The notes below the pieces were generated by a model, which was given only the letters and a program-made list of their open reading frames with translations, made no database searches and was not told the DNA's origin. The position numbers and the translations under genes were made by a program. This document shows, piece by piece, positions 1 to 12,016 of a DNA stretch of 64,000 nucleotides. This DNA is from Octopus bimaculoides (taxonomy: Eukaryota), in the NCBI RefSeq assembly GCF_001194135.2, contig NC_068983.1, positions 111,817,822 through 111,881,821 of the forward strand, in the 5' to 3' direction. Each line of letters opens with the position of its first letter. Positions within the stretch are counted from its first letter, which is position 1.

Positions 1-49
1 ATATATATATATATATATATATATACATACATATATATACACAAATACT

Positions 50-345
50 TCATTTGCTACAATTCCCATCCAACCACAACAACTTACCTTCTGGACCCAA
101 GAAGACAATTTGTATTGAGATATTCACAGCCTTCTGAAATAATACAGCAGTTCTGTCTCTGAATCCTGGCTGGCTTGAAGATAAGTAGATCTTGTATTCA
201 TCAAAGATGGACATGAAGACATGGATTGGAAATTCTGATTTCATTGATGGCCACCACCTCTATATCTACTGATGTGAGATCATTGAACAAATAGCTCCAC
301 CTCCAAGGTGATCCCAGGCCAGGTGCATTTACACTGCCTTTCTGA
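50..345 (-). pseudogene. L1/Tx1-type LINE ORF2 APE endonuclease N-terminal remnant (frameshifted)
   Basis: Minus-strand translations SVNAPGLGSPWRWSYLFNDLTSVDIEVVAINEIRIS and TAVLFQKAVNISIQIVFLGPEGKLLWLD match the NxxGL...E and GVAILF...D.EGR.L motifs of L1/Tx1 endonucleases. Confidence 0.65.
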
Positions 346-636
346 TTCTGAGTGAACCCATATTTCACACAAAGAAGATAATAACAAAGACCCACGTAAT
401 TCCTATGGAGGGACAAGTGTTCTGTTGCTCCATCTTGTTGTGGGTGTTTTCCTAAGCAGGTCCTTACCCAGTCTTTTGTTAATATTCCTGTTGAAGCTTT
501 CTATTCCACTGAGGTATTTAATTCATTTTGTAACATTGCATGTGTGCTGTGATACCTGAAAGATTTTAATTTATTGGGGTATGCTATTCATTAAGGCATA
601 TATGTATTTATGTGTATATATCATCATAATCCTAAG

Positions 637-830
637 CATCATCATCATTTAACGACCGTTTTTCATGCTGGCATGGGTTGGACAGTCTGTAAAGAGCTGG
701 CAAGCCAGAAGACTGTGCCAAGTTCTATTGTGCGTTTTGGCCTGGTTTCTACAGCTGGATACCTATCCTAATGCTTGCCAATTTACAGCATGTACAGGGT
801 GCTTTTATGCATGTCATCAGCACCAGTGGA
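637..830 (-). mobile_element. SINE family C fragment ((GAT)n tail)
   Basis: catcatcatttaacg...catgggttggac...ctacagctggat motif shared with copies at 38002, 43739 and 44641. Confidence 0.75.
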
Positions 831-1674
831 CTGGGTGAGTGGGCAGGATAGAGGTGATTATAGCAAATGATGGAGAGAAACCTAGAAGAGGATCAGGAGA
901 GGATCAGGAGTAGATATGTGAGGGCATTTTGGTTGATAGCAGATAAGCAAGGTATTAGTGATGGATAACAGCATGGGGTGACTTGTGCAGAAAGTAGGCA
1001 TGGGAAATCGAAGGGAAATATAAGTGGTTTGGAGTGGTGAAGAAAGGTCATTGAGAAATCTGGGGATAGAGTATGTACCTATTCTATTCTCAGATGATCG
1101 TGAAGTGATGGGTGTTAGGGTATGAAATATGTGAGCATGTGTGGTGGGAATGATGGGGCAAAGCCCCTCATGGACAAACATTACCAAGGTGGTTTTAGGA
1201 TATCAGTTCTGCTGTGGTGAGCAGATGTATGTATGCATATATGTATGTATTGTTGTGATGCTTCTGTTTCAGTGTGTGATCTATTTGGTCTATTGTGTCA
1301 ATAGCTGTTTTGTTTATTTCTTTTTTCTTTTTGTTCATATTGAGGGATAGGGTTTGGCTGTTAGTGTATGTATGAATTTGCTTGTTCTTATACCAGTGAT
1401 AGTGGTATCTATAATAGCAATGGTGCTGGGGATAAGGATGATGATATTGGTGAGCAATAATGCAGCCCCTCTGCTTTAAGACCCACCAGCACCTTTGTTC
1501 ATATCAATCAGATTTTGTTCTGTTGCTATCTTTGTTGTTGTTGCTTGTAATAAGGTAGCCATTAATGGTGATATACTTTTTTGATTTTGAAACTGCAGCT
1601 GTTTCTGCTATTGATGCAGTTGTTGTTGTGGTGACATTGTCGGCAGGAGTGATGACCATCTGTCACTGTTTCTT

Positions 1675-1998
1675 TTCCAGTTGATCCGATCAATGGAACA
1701 GCCTGCTCGTGAAATTAATGTGCAAGTGGCTGAGCACTCCACAGACACGTGTACCCTTAACGTAGTTCTTGGGGATATTCAGTGTGACACAGTGTGACAA
1801 GGCTGACCCTTTGAATTACAGGCACAACAGAAACAGGAAGTAAGAGTGAGAGAAAGTTGTGGTGAAAGGGTACAGCAGGGTTCGCCACCATCTCCTGCTG
1901 GAGCCTCGTGGAGCTTTAGGTGTTTTCGCTCAATAAACACTCACAACGCCTATGACCACGAATCCACTGCCCTAACCACTGGGCCATTGTGCCTTCAC
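1675..1998 (-). mobile_element. tRNA-derived SINE family A, tail-truncated copy
   Basis: Near-identical to 3291-3691 and 25505-25898; tRNA-like A/B-box head on the minus strand. Confidence 0.9.
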
Positions 1999-1999
1999 T

Positions 2000-2500
2000 A
2001 CTTTGCTTTGGACAGAAAACCCTCAGATGGTTTGTGTCATCACACAAATGATACCTCAGCTTCTTACCCTCAGCAGTCATGTAAATTTTGTGACATCTGA
2101 TAGATTGACCAGTTCTGGGATGGATTCCATACTTTCTGGATTCATTTGGCTCAATTGCCCCATCTCTTGACTCAATCAATTTTTCCCTGTGGCCTCTGGA
2201 CCAGCAGAATATTAGTTTTGTTCTAAGAAAGATTTCCACCACTAAACATCATATGTTTATTTCTGAGGATGAATTGGACAAACTTTACTCTTATTATCCT
2301 CTGGCCAAAATAGATTTGTATGTGAATCAATTTGTTACTCTTTAGTGCTTTGTAGAGAGCTTCCTGACCTCATCCTCTGTCAGGAATCTCAACCTCCATT
2401 GTGCTATAATTGCTACTCTGGCAACATACATTTCGATGCCACAGATTAGTCTGAGGCACTTTTTTGTCTGTCGTTGCGTTGCTGGCTTTATATTTCTATT
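2000..2500 (-). pseudogene. Possible decayed ORF1 of the same L1/Tx1 element (SINE inserted at 1675-1998; low-complexity T/S/N tail 1220-1670)
   Basis: Coding-like broken frames (ALYKALKSNKLIHIQIYFGQRIIRVKF; YGIHPRTG...) upstream of and co-oriented with the EN remnant. Confidence 0.3.
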
Positions 2501-2941
2501 TTTTTTATTTCTATCATTTTATAAGTTATAATTATCAAATTTCATTATAATTGGTTGGATTGTAGCATATTTAATCTTACATTTTTTCCTGACCTTGAAA
2601 GGAGGTTTTTAGCATCTTTTAATCTTTCAGAATTTATTTACTTCCTTCTTTCAAACAACTTTTACAAACTCAGTAAACTTTGGATTTTGTTAATAGTGTT
2701 GTCTTTATTTTTATGTGTTAATAACAATGGTAGTAGCGGTGGAGGTGGAGGTAAAATTTTCAGGTGAGTTGAATTGATTATCATGTTTTTCTCTTTGTGT
2801 TTTTCATGCTCATTGTTGTTATTTTTCTTGTTTGTTGGTAATGATAGTGAAATTTGTAGTAGTGGTAACATTGCTTTCATTTTTTTCTCATTTTTGTTGT
2901 TTCCATTGGTGTTGTCATTATTGTTGTTGTGGACATTCATA

Positions 2942-3089
2942 CTCTTTTACTCTTTACACTTTTACTTGTTTCAGTCATTTGACTGCGGCCATGCTGGAGC
3001 ACCGCCTTTAGTCGAGCAAATCAACCCCGGGACTTATTCTTTGTAAGCCTAGTACTTATTCTATCGGTCTCTTTTTGCCGAACTGCTAA
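2942..3089 (-). mobile_element. SINE family B, 3' portion
   Basis: Reverse complement of 22920-23069 (gctccagcatggcc...gactgaaacaagt, aaagagt-type tail). Confidence 0.9.
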
Positions 3090-3290
3090 TTCACTATTTG
3101 TAGGTAGTAGTGGGAGATTGGTACAGTATTACCTGTCGGAACCGGTAACTGTCCTCTGACTTTGCGTAACCATATTTACCTTTAGTATGTAGCTGCACCT
3201 GGGTAGTGAGCTAGCAGAATCGTAAGCATGTTGTGTAATTCTGAGTTCAGATTCTGCTGAGGTTGAATTTGCCTTTTGGAGTTGATAAAA

Positions 3291-3691
3291 TTGTTGTTGT
3301 TGTTGTTGTTGTTGGCACTCCATCACTTACGATGTTGAGGGTTCCAGTTGATCCGATCAACGGAACAGCCTGCTCGTGAAATTAACCTGCAAGTGGCTGA
3401 GCACTCCACTGACACGTGTACCCTTAACGTAGTTCTCGGGGATATTCAGCGTGACACAGTGTGACAAGGCTGGCCCTTTGAATTACAGGCACAACAGGAA
3501 CAGGAAGTAAGAGTGAGAGAAAATTGTGGTGAAAGAGTACAGCAGGGTTCGCCACCATCCCCTGCCAGAGCCTCGTGGAGCTTTAGGTGTTTTCGCTCAA
3601 TAAACACTCACAAAGCCTGGTCTGGGAATCGAAACCGCAATCCTATGACCGTGAGTCTGCTGCCCTAACCACTGAGCCATTGCGCCTCCAC
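3291..3691 (-). mobile_element. tRNA-derived SINE family A, full length, (CAA)n tail
   Basis: Minus head gtggaggcgcaatggctcagtggttagggcagc...ggtttcgattccc (A/B boxes); three copies in the window. Confidence 0.92.
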
Positions 3692-3977
3692 TGGTTGATA
3701 AAATAATACTAGCTAATTAGTGGTGTCGATGTAACTGACTTAATTTGCCTTGAACTTGCTGGTCTTGTACCAACATTTGAAACTAATATGTAACTGCATT
3801 GCCAAAAGATCACAAATTTTGCCCCAAGGGGGCAAAAATTTCACAAAGCCAACTAGCATCATAGGATGCTGGTTGTTTAATGAGAGAATGATACAAAAGC
3901 CAAAATTACTTTCTTCAGACCAAACAAATTTCAGTAACAACTTATGAACTTAAAAACAGCTTTCTCTTGCACTCATT

Positions 3978-4185
3978 ATAATAATGGTTTCAAATTTTAG
4001 GACAAGGCCAGGAATTGTAGTAGGTGGAGTTAGTTGATTACACCAACTTGGCACTTGATTGGTACTTTACTTTATCAGCCTCTAGATGCTTGCAGTCAAA
4101 CTTGACCGCCATGGGATTTGAACTCAGAACATAAAGAGCTGGAAGATATGCCACTAAGCATTTTGTCCAACATGCTACACAACAT
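3978..4185 (-). mobile_element. SINE family D, diverged copy
   Basis: caaggcc...aaat...ggtactt...gacc...atttgaactcagaac...aagcatttt motif chain shared with 8128 and 22368. Confidence 0.7.
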
Positions 4186-4483
4186 TAATAATAATGACAT
4201 TATACTAATTAGGAGAATCACAACTATGTTTTTCTTTTGAGAAATTAAATATAAAGGCTGGTTCTATTAAATACTGATTTTTCTCTAATTTTTGGTAATC
4301 AGATTCCTTCATTCTTAACATACCATCATAGACCCTTATGGAAGGCACCATTTTAGTTTTTGTTTTGTTTTTTATTTTATTTTTTGCTTTTATTTTATTT
4401 ATTCATTTGTATATTTATTGAAAAATTAACAAAACTACAAAGCAAATTGATATTTGAAACAACGTTTTGTGATACACTGCAAT

Positions 4484-4632
4484 CCCTAAACCTAACCCAA
4501 AACTCTAAACCTTAAATCTAATCAAAATCCTAAACCTAACTCTGAACCTTAACCCTAGACCTGACCTTAAATCCTTAACTCAGACCTAAATCTTAAAACC
4601 CAAATCCTTATCCAAATCCTGAATCCTAACTC
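4484..4632. repeat. Degenerate telomere-like (CCTAAC/CCTAAA)n tract
   Basis: Imperfect hexamer run cctaaacctaacccaaactctaaacc... Confidence 0.7.
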
Positions 4633-5229
4633 TCTTCACAAAATTATTTCAATTGATTTCTATAAAAACATATACAAATAGCATAGTTTGCAGGATTGGA
4701 TATCAAGAATAGATAAACCTGATTGGCTAATAGTTTATTTAGAAGTATAAAATTTTATTGAAATTTTATTTTCTTTTGTGTTTTTTTATCATTAAGCATT
4801 TGATTCTTTAGATATTGCAAACATTCACATAGGTCCATTCTTATGCAACGAGAAAATTGCAGCAAAGCTGCATGATAGTTGTGTCAGATGTAGCATGCAG
4901 ACATTCATATAACTTGTTTTATTCTTATCTTCCATTTTATTTTGACATGTGCATTGTGATTTTATTCTTCTCTTACATTTTACGAATTCAGTGTGCACAT
5001 GTACATTGCATGTTCATACTTCTCTTTCTGGTTCCTACTCAAAACTGTTTACAGATCACAACTATATCACCAACCTGCGTTCATGAGGAGCACTTTGCTC
5101 TCCAGTAGTTGTGAAATAACATCTCAGAAAGCAATATTCCTCATTTCACCTCTTCTGTTTTAAGAGTTCTTTATTACTTTTCACCTGAAGCTAACAAGTA
5201 AACTATGTAAGGAAATCAAAGACATAATC

Positions 5230-5455
5230 TTTGCCACATAGCTTAGTGATTAGGGTATTACACTCTTGATTCTAAGATTTGGTTTTAGGTTCTGGCAATG
5301 CAAAGTTTTCTAAAGCAAAATACTTCATTTCTCATTGTTCCAGTCCACTCAAGTGGCGAAAATGGGTAATCCTATGATGGACTGGTGTCCAATCTAGGGA
5401 AAGAGTGTATATTCCAAAGAAACCAGAAAACTGGCCTTATGAACTTATGGCTTAG
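5230..5455 (+). mobile_element. CORE-like tRNA SINE (family E), diverged
   Basis: tRNA-like head then gcaaaatacttcatttc...ccagtccactca...aaatggg resembling the CORE domain. Confidence 0.55.
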
Positions 5456-5539
5456 GAAGGGACTTTGATACTTTTGACTGTATGACTATGCTGGTAAACT
5501 TTGACAAATCTTTATATGCTGTATCTTTATCTTTATATG

Positions 5540-6200
5540 CCTAGACTTGAACACCTAGTCCCATTGAACAAGGTACAGAAGAGTTCACAGCATGACCATC
5601 TGAGACAAGCTCAATAGGGAACATCCCCCTCTAGTTCCACAAAACACACAACATGACCTTCAGATCAAACTGATCTTGTTTGACCACAAGTTCTGAAGTC
5701 TGACTAGCAAGAAACCACTGAATTCTCTTATTAGGATTATGAAAATAGATCTATTTTCCATCTCTAGTTACAATTTGATGCCATAAATAGACATCTCAAG
5801 GATTTACCAGAAGTTGTCTGAAAATGCTCACACCTTTTTAGAGCTGGTTATTGGTCAGTTCATGAGAAGCTCTTTGAAATCATCTGTGCACAAGGCCAAA
5901 CTTATATAAGTGTCAATTGATGGTGCTTTGTGAAGGACTAAGTTCTGCCGACAATATATGAGCCCTTGTGCTTGGCTGCTGTTCAACCATTTCAAGCAAG
6001 GCCTCATCTTCCACAACAGGAGGTCTCCCTAACCTTGGTTTGCCTTTGAGGTGGATGTCACCTTCCTGAACCAGTTTTATGCTTCACATTTTTGCTGACA
6101 CTTCCTGGGCCCTCCACATCATTAATTTCTTTTACCATTGCTCTTGCACTCAGTCCTTTTTACTACAGGTAATGTAAAATGACTAATTGCAATTTTTTGG
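5540..6200 (-). mobile_element. Decayed mariner transposase remnant
   Basis: Minus frames give mariner HTH-region words (NWFR..., GDIHLKGKPRLGRPPVVEDEALLEMVEQQP), with many stops and frameshifts. Confidence 0.65.
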
Positions 6201-7739
6201 CTGCTCATTGTCAAAGCTGTAAAATAAAGATTAAGCAATTAATGTTTATGTTATCTATGAAAATATAGAATAAACAATTCATTAACAATTGGACAAGTTT
6301 TATCAAATTAATGATACAACATGTATACACAAGTTGCCAAATATCATCGGGGAAAATCCACAAAAAACGTTTGACTGGTAAATTTAGAAAGTACAATAAA
6401 ACACACAATAATTGAAATATAATTAAAGATACCTGGTTAGAGTGAGTTAGAGCACTTCATGACATTGTTCACTTAACCATTTCTCAAATTGTTTTTTAGA
6501 GTAAAATAATGCAACAGGGGCTATTTATATTTTTTGAGATAGTTGTTGAATGACACCAGCATTTTGAGGGTATTCTTTTTAAAGTTCAATGTAATGTTTT
6601 AGTTAGAATTTTACTAATAATCTATCGTTAACATATTGTTTATTATCTTTTCTAATGCAATAGTTTTTGTGTCATTCTAAATTCTTTGTAAAGTCCGTGC
6701 ACTACAGATGCATAAATTGATCTATTAATAGTTCGTTTGACTCTCAAAGAGCAGTAAATTTCAATTCAATGTTTGTTCTCTTAATTTTCTTTATTCTGAA
6801 GAGGGATTTCATTGTCATTTGGCATAAATTGTTCCTTCTCATCCACTTTTTCTGTTTCATGTCGAGACTTTTTCTGTGATTTTTTTTTTTCCTTTTCATT
6901 TTGGATTTCCTTTTGTATTTTCACTGACTGTTTGTGAATTTTCATCCATAATTATTATTTCTTCCCCAATCCAAGATGAAGGTGTGATACTATTGGTTGG
7001 CACTGTTAGGAAATGAAGTGTTTGTTCATTTGTTTATTTATTTATTTTTTAATGTGCATGAAGATATTTTCTTTACCGTTTTTGGGAAGCAGTGGCATAT
7101 AATTTTTCTCTTTGCCCTATCATGAATTAGCTCCTATGGTAAAGAAATGCTGTTAAGTTTAACTAAATTCTACTCTTCCACTTATTCATTTTTTTTTTTT
7201 TTGTTTTTTTTTTTTGTAACATCAACAGATATAAAAAAAAAATTCCATGCATCCATTTTGCATTAAAAGAAAGTTTGCCTTCCTGAAGCTGATGTATGAA
7301 AGGACCACAGTATTTGAATTCATGTAAGAGCCGCTTCTGCTATTGTTGTGGTTATTGCTGTCACTGTCTTTAAAGTTATTCATTTGAGCACTTGTGGCAT
7401 TTTCTCTAATTAATTGTTCACTAAACTATTCATTTTCTTTTTTCTCTCTTGTAAGCTGTGTATTTTGAATTGGTGTTTTCAATTTTTTTATTTTGCTATT
7501 GTAGCAGAAATGTGTGCGGCAGCAATTTTTTGATGTGAAAATGTAATGTGTGTGAAGAAAATTTTATCTGCTTGTGAAACAAACCTCTTTTTTGTTGTCC
7601 ACTCTTGAGTATCAATGGGCTTTCCTTAGGCAATTATATATTTTCTTCTTACAAGTAATTCAATGAATATTTTATTTGGTAATACTTGACTAGCTAGTAT
7701 TTTGAAGAGAGTAGCAAACAGATGGTTTTACATTGAGTT

Positions 7740-7895
7740 ACCTATAGTAGTAGTAGTAGTAGTAGTAGTTGTAGTAGTAGTAGTTGTAGTAGTAGTAGTA
7801 GTAGTAGTAGTGGGGGGGCGTTGGTGGTGGCGGCAGCAACGTCGACGGCGGCGGTGGCAGCGGCGGTGGCGGTGGTTGTGGTGGTGGTGGTGGTG
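7740..7895. repeat. Compound trinucleotide microsatellite (GTA)n/(GGC)n/(GGT)n
   Basis: Direct reading. Confidence 0.95.
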
Positions 7896-7899
7896 GTCC

Positions 7900-8347
7900 T
7901 TTCTATTATAGATACAAAGCCTTAACACTTAGGGAAGGGGTTAGTTGATTACATTGATCCCAGTGCTTCACAAATACTTATTTTACTGATCCCAAAAGGA
8001 TGAAAGACAAAATTAACCCCAGTGGAATTTGAACTCTCATCATAAAGGTAGATGAAATGTCACTACGTATGTTGTCCAGTGTATTAACAATTCTGTCAGC
8101 TCAACACAGTAAAACAATAATAATAATAATCTTTTCTACTAAAGGCACAAGGCTTGAAATTTTTTTGGATGGGGTCAAGTTGATTACATCGAACCTAGTA
8201 CTCAACTGGTACTTAATTTATTGGTCCTGATAGGATGAAAGGTAATGTTGACCTCAGCAGAATTTGAACTCAGAACATAAAGACAGATGAAATGCCACAA
8301 AGCATTTTGCCCATCATGCTAGCGATTCTGCCAGTTTGCTGCCTTAA
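7900..8347 (-). mobile_element. Two tandem SINE family D copies (7900-8105 partial, 8128-8347)
   Basis: Shared aaggcacaaggc...gattacat...ggtactt...ggatgaaagg...aatttgaactcagaac motifs. Confidence 0.8.
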
Positions 8348-8539
8348 CAATGATGATTTGGAGGAGGAGGAGGAGGAGGAGGNNNNNNNNNNNNNNNNAG
8401 CGGAGCGGAGGGAGAGGAGGGGAGGACCAGGAGAAGCAGAAGAAGAAGAACAACAAGAACAACAACAACAACACCAACAACAACAACAATTAATAATAAT
8501 GATGATGATGATAATGATAATAAGACTGTATAGTTTTCA

Positions 8540-8790
8540 AAATGAGATATTCAAGATTATGTTAGAAGCAACTGAGAAAGACTGATTTCAGTTGCCAGAG
8601 AAGAGGAGAAAGAAGCTGTAGAGACGGCAATGGAATACAAGAAAAGAAGAAAACAGGAACAAGAAAGAAGCATCTGGAGTAAAGAACTATATGGTCAGCA
8701 TCTCAGGCAAACACAGAACGTTACAGCAGAGGAGTCTTGGTTGTGGCTGGCAAACGAAGAAAGCAATAGGACTCATAATGGCTGCTCAAA
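8540..8790 (+). pseudogene. R4/Dong-type non-LTR retrotransposon C-terminal remnant
   Basis: ORF 8630: WSKELYGQHLRQ...ESWLWL matches the K.LHGQ..RQ...SW.WL motif; follows an (AAT/GAT)n tract. Confidence 0.7.
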
Positions 8791-8869
8791 TATAGGAATG
8801 AAAAGGTACTTATTTATTACAGAAGACTGGATAGTGTAGCTTGTGAACAAACACGAAAGCAGCAAAAAC

Positions 8870-9625
8870 TCCTCACTCAGTTATCAACGAAGCATGTCAA
8901 TTTGTAAAGGAACTTGGCATTAACCCTGAATTGAATGAAGAACTAGAAGCCACTACTATAAAACACAAACTGCTAAAAAGAATGGGCAGAAACAACTTAA
9001 GGAATGGTGCAGCCAAGAGTCTCTGCATTGACAATATATTTTTCAAAACGAAAATGCTGATGTTGACTAAGAAACAACCTATAAATGGCCGAGGAATTCA
9101 GGATTGAAAGCAATACTGAAAGTTTCATTCTGGTGGCACAAGTTCAAAGCCTGTTTACCAGAAAACACCAGGCAAATATTCTTAAAAATGGTGCAGACCC
9201 AAAAATGCAGATTCTGCATCGAATTTGATGAGCCAATAGACCATTTTATTTTGTGGTCTCTTGTGCTAACATCAAGCTGATATTAAAATCACAATAGGGT
9301 AGAACAATTTTTACATTAGAAAATATGCAAGCACTACTAAATCGACACTCTTGCTAACTTGTAAGAATATCATCTCAAGCCAATGGCTGAAGGTGAAAAT
9401 GTAAAGATTTGGGATTTTCCTGTCAACACTGACAGAACAATGCAGGTCAATTGACCAGATACAACGATTAAAGAAAGTTAAAGACATTTGGTAAACTGAT
9501 AGATAAAATTATCTCCACTAATAAGATTATATCCATCTAGGAATTTGGCAGGATCAGTATATATAGAGATCTGAAAATTGAAATATAAAAGATGTAGCTT
9601 CTTAAGGTAAAAATTGTATGTACCT
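8870..9625 (+). pseudogene. R4/Dong-type element: zinc knuckle and restriction-like endonuclease remnant
   Basis: Broken frames give QANILKNGADP.CRFC, WDFPVNTDRT.Q...PD and YRDLKIEI. Confidence 0.8.
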
Positions 9626-9789
9626 ACCTAGAGACAGTGGGGGAGAGGAATGATGCAGTTAGAACTGTGTTATAACAACTCCATTATTGGAATGAATAGG
9701 AACTCTTGGTATGATGAAAATGTGCTGTCAGAAACATATAGCTAACATCTCAAGAGACCCATCTCTCACAGATATTCAAATGATTGTAG

Positions 9790-10520
9790 TGACTAGCCTT
9801 GCTCACATCCTTTGAAAACTCCTATCAACTTAAATTAAATGTTGATGGCTATCAGATTGTGAAAGTACAAGCTGTGATCCATGAAAATCGTTACCTGACC
9901 ACCTGTGAAGTTTCAAAAGTAGTTAGTAGTTGTAACAGTTTGTACCACATAATTTTGAAAGAAAAATTGAAAATGCATTGTGTTGCTAAAAAATTTGTGT
10001 TACGCTTGCTGACAGATAAAAATGTTGGGAGTCAAGTCCCAATCAGGAGTTGTTTTATTGTTGGAAATATATCACAATAGGTGACGAGAAATGGATGTAT
10101 GATCCTCATATCAAAATGCAAAGGTAATTGCTGCACTAGTTAGGATCATTGTTGCCACAACACAAAAGTATGTCAGAGTATCTCAAATATGAAAATTATA
10201 TCGATTGCCTTTTTTATTGGAAGTTACATTGTTCAGTATGAATTTGTTTGATGTGGTCAGATGTTCAGTAAAGATTTTGATCAAGGATGTCCTGAGGTAT
10301 TTAAGAGAAGCAACATGAAAGAAGGGGCCTGAGGCATTGTGGTAGCACTGTGTCTATGGACACTACCACCATAATGTACCTGCTTACACATAGCTCTTAC
10401 CTGTTATTTATTTGTTGAATCTCAAGGTTACTTCTGTACATTAGCTACCTTACACATTTGCTTGCTTATGAACTTTTTACGTTCTCTTAGTTCAACTGTA
10501 CCTTGAAAAGCTACCAAATT
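9790..10520 (+). mobile_element. Decayed mariner transposase remnant
   Basis: VIHENR..., KLKMHCVAKKFVLRLLTD, IGDEKWMY and HHHNVPAYT (HHDNAPAH-like). Confidence 0.75.
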
Positions 10521-11674
10521 AGAATAACAAAAGAAATGGAAGAAAATATTTAAAGCAAACTGTACACTCTCTCTGAAAAAGCATATCAGAACATGTTTTC
10601 CAAACTGGACGAAACATTAGGAGAAGTGTATGGAGAATATTATTTTGAAGGAAACAAATCTGCTTAATTTGTAAGTGAAGCAATAGATTTATTTCCTTCA
10701 AGTGATTGATTCATTTTGGACAGAACTTGTATGCTGGCAGCTGAGAATAATGTCAGCACATCAGCTGAAATAGAGAAAAGGTATGAAATGTAAGACAAAA
10801 TACAGATAACAAAGTAAAACTCAAAGAAGTCTTGACAGGGTTTAACTAATTAGATAGACCAACTGTAGTTGGAAAGCAACTATTTTATAATTACTGTGTA
10901 AGGCCAGAGTTTATCCTCAAGAAATTACCTCAAAATTATAGACACTCAAGGAGCAAACAGTAAATTCAGTGAAGACCAAAAACCAATTACTTGGCTTAGG
11001 TTGTACAGTTATTTCCAAGTCAATATTTTCAAATATTTATAACTGAATAAGATGTCACTATATTTGCTTTTGCTGTTGTTATTGTGTAGCATCAAATCAA
11101 TTCTTATTGAACAAAGCATGCCATGATCAAAGGCATTCTAGCAGTGACTATCCTGTCTTGTCTTCAGGCACAGTGCATCCAGTATATCCTTCCATTTTAA
11201 AGATTGTAGGCTGTGATTCGAAAGAGATTTGGCAGTTATTTCTAGCAGGATGAGTGCTCACATAGAGATTCCTTTGTTGTTTAGTCCCAAGGCAAAACTG
11301 GTCCAGTATACCTATCATAAAAAGTTTTAAAGCTCTAAATATATTCATTTTTTCTTGTTGCTGATGTTTGACCTCAAGTTAGCCCTCATCAAGCAGACTT
11401 TTAACAAAGGCATTACAGCCATGAGTATGTCATCTTTTATTCATATCTAGAAAGGCTTTGTTTAATTTATCCTTTTTTTTTTTAAGGTGAAGGGAGGAAT
11501 TTGAAGGGTTGCTATCTCTAACAGATTGAGTGACCACATAAAAGTTCTTGTGTTGGCTTACACTCATCTTTTTTTCAGACAATGTGTCTAGGACAAGATT
11601 ATTGTTGTAGGGAATTAGTAATAATGGTACACCCCACCCATGTGATGAATGGAATAACCTAGTCACCATAAGTA

Positions 11675-11737
11675 AAGAGAAGTACGTGAAGTACAAGAGA
11701 AGTACGTGAAGTACAAGAGAAGTACGTGAAGTACAAG
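11675..11737. repeat. Perfect 20-bp tandem repeat x3 (aagagaagtacgtgaagtac)
   Basis: Direct reading; ends 4 bp before the 5' LTR. Confidence 0.95.
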
Positions 11738-11741
11738 TGAA

Positions 11742-11844
11742 TGTAGCAGGCGGCCAGAGATAGTCATGTCTTTAGTGGTTTCATTTTGTATACTGTATAC
11801 CGAAGTGGACATTATAACAATCCAATATCGTAAGGATTATAACA
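11742..11844 (+). repeat. 5' LTR (103 bp)
   Basis: tgtagcagg...tataaca; 14 mismatches in 103 versus 17463-17565 by eye. Confidence 0.85.
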
Positions 11845-11857
11845 GTGGTGACAAGGA
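11845..11857 (+). promoter_or_regulatory. Primer-binding site
   Basis: gTGGtgacaagga immediately after the LTR CA end, similar to TGGCGACGAG-type PBS. Confidence 0.7.
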
Positions 11858-12016
11858 TTTAAATACCTTACATGGAACTGATAAACTCCATGAAGATTTA
11901 AACGATTCACGAAGAATTAATAAACTCGACGAGGATTTGAACAACTCATGAAGAGTTAACAAAGTCACAAAAGTTTTTGTTGTATGAATTTTATGAAAAA
12001 TAAAATCGTAAAATTA

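Noticed and set aside
3620-3691. tRNA-like sequences at SINE heads
   Set aside because: A/B boxes present but no complete cloverleaf with acceptor stem; each continues into a SINE body.
7702-7928. Poly-V/T/H, CV/HT and YI repeat ORFs throughout the window
   Set aside because: Translations of di- and trinucleotide microsatellites.
11675-11737. Possible CRISPR-like repeat
   Set aside because: Contiguous units with no spacers; eukaryotic context.
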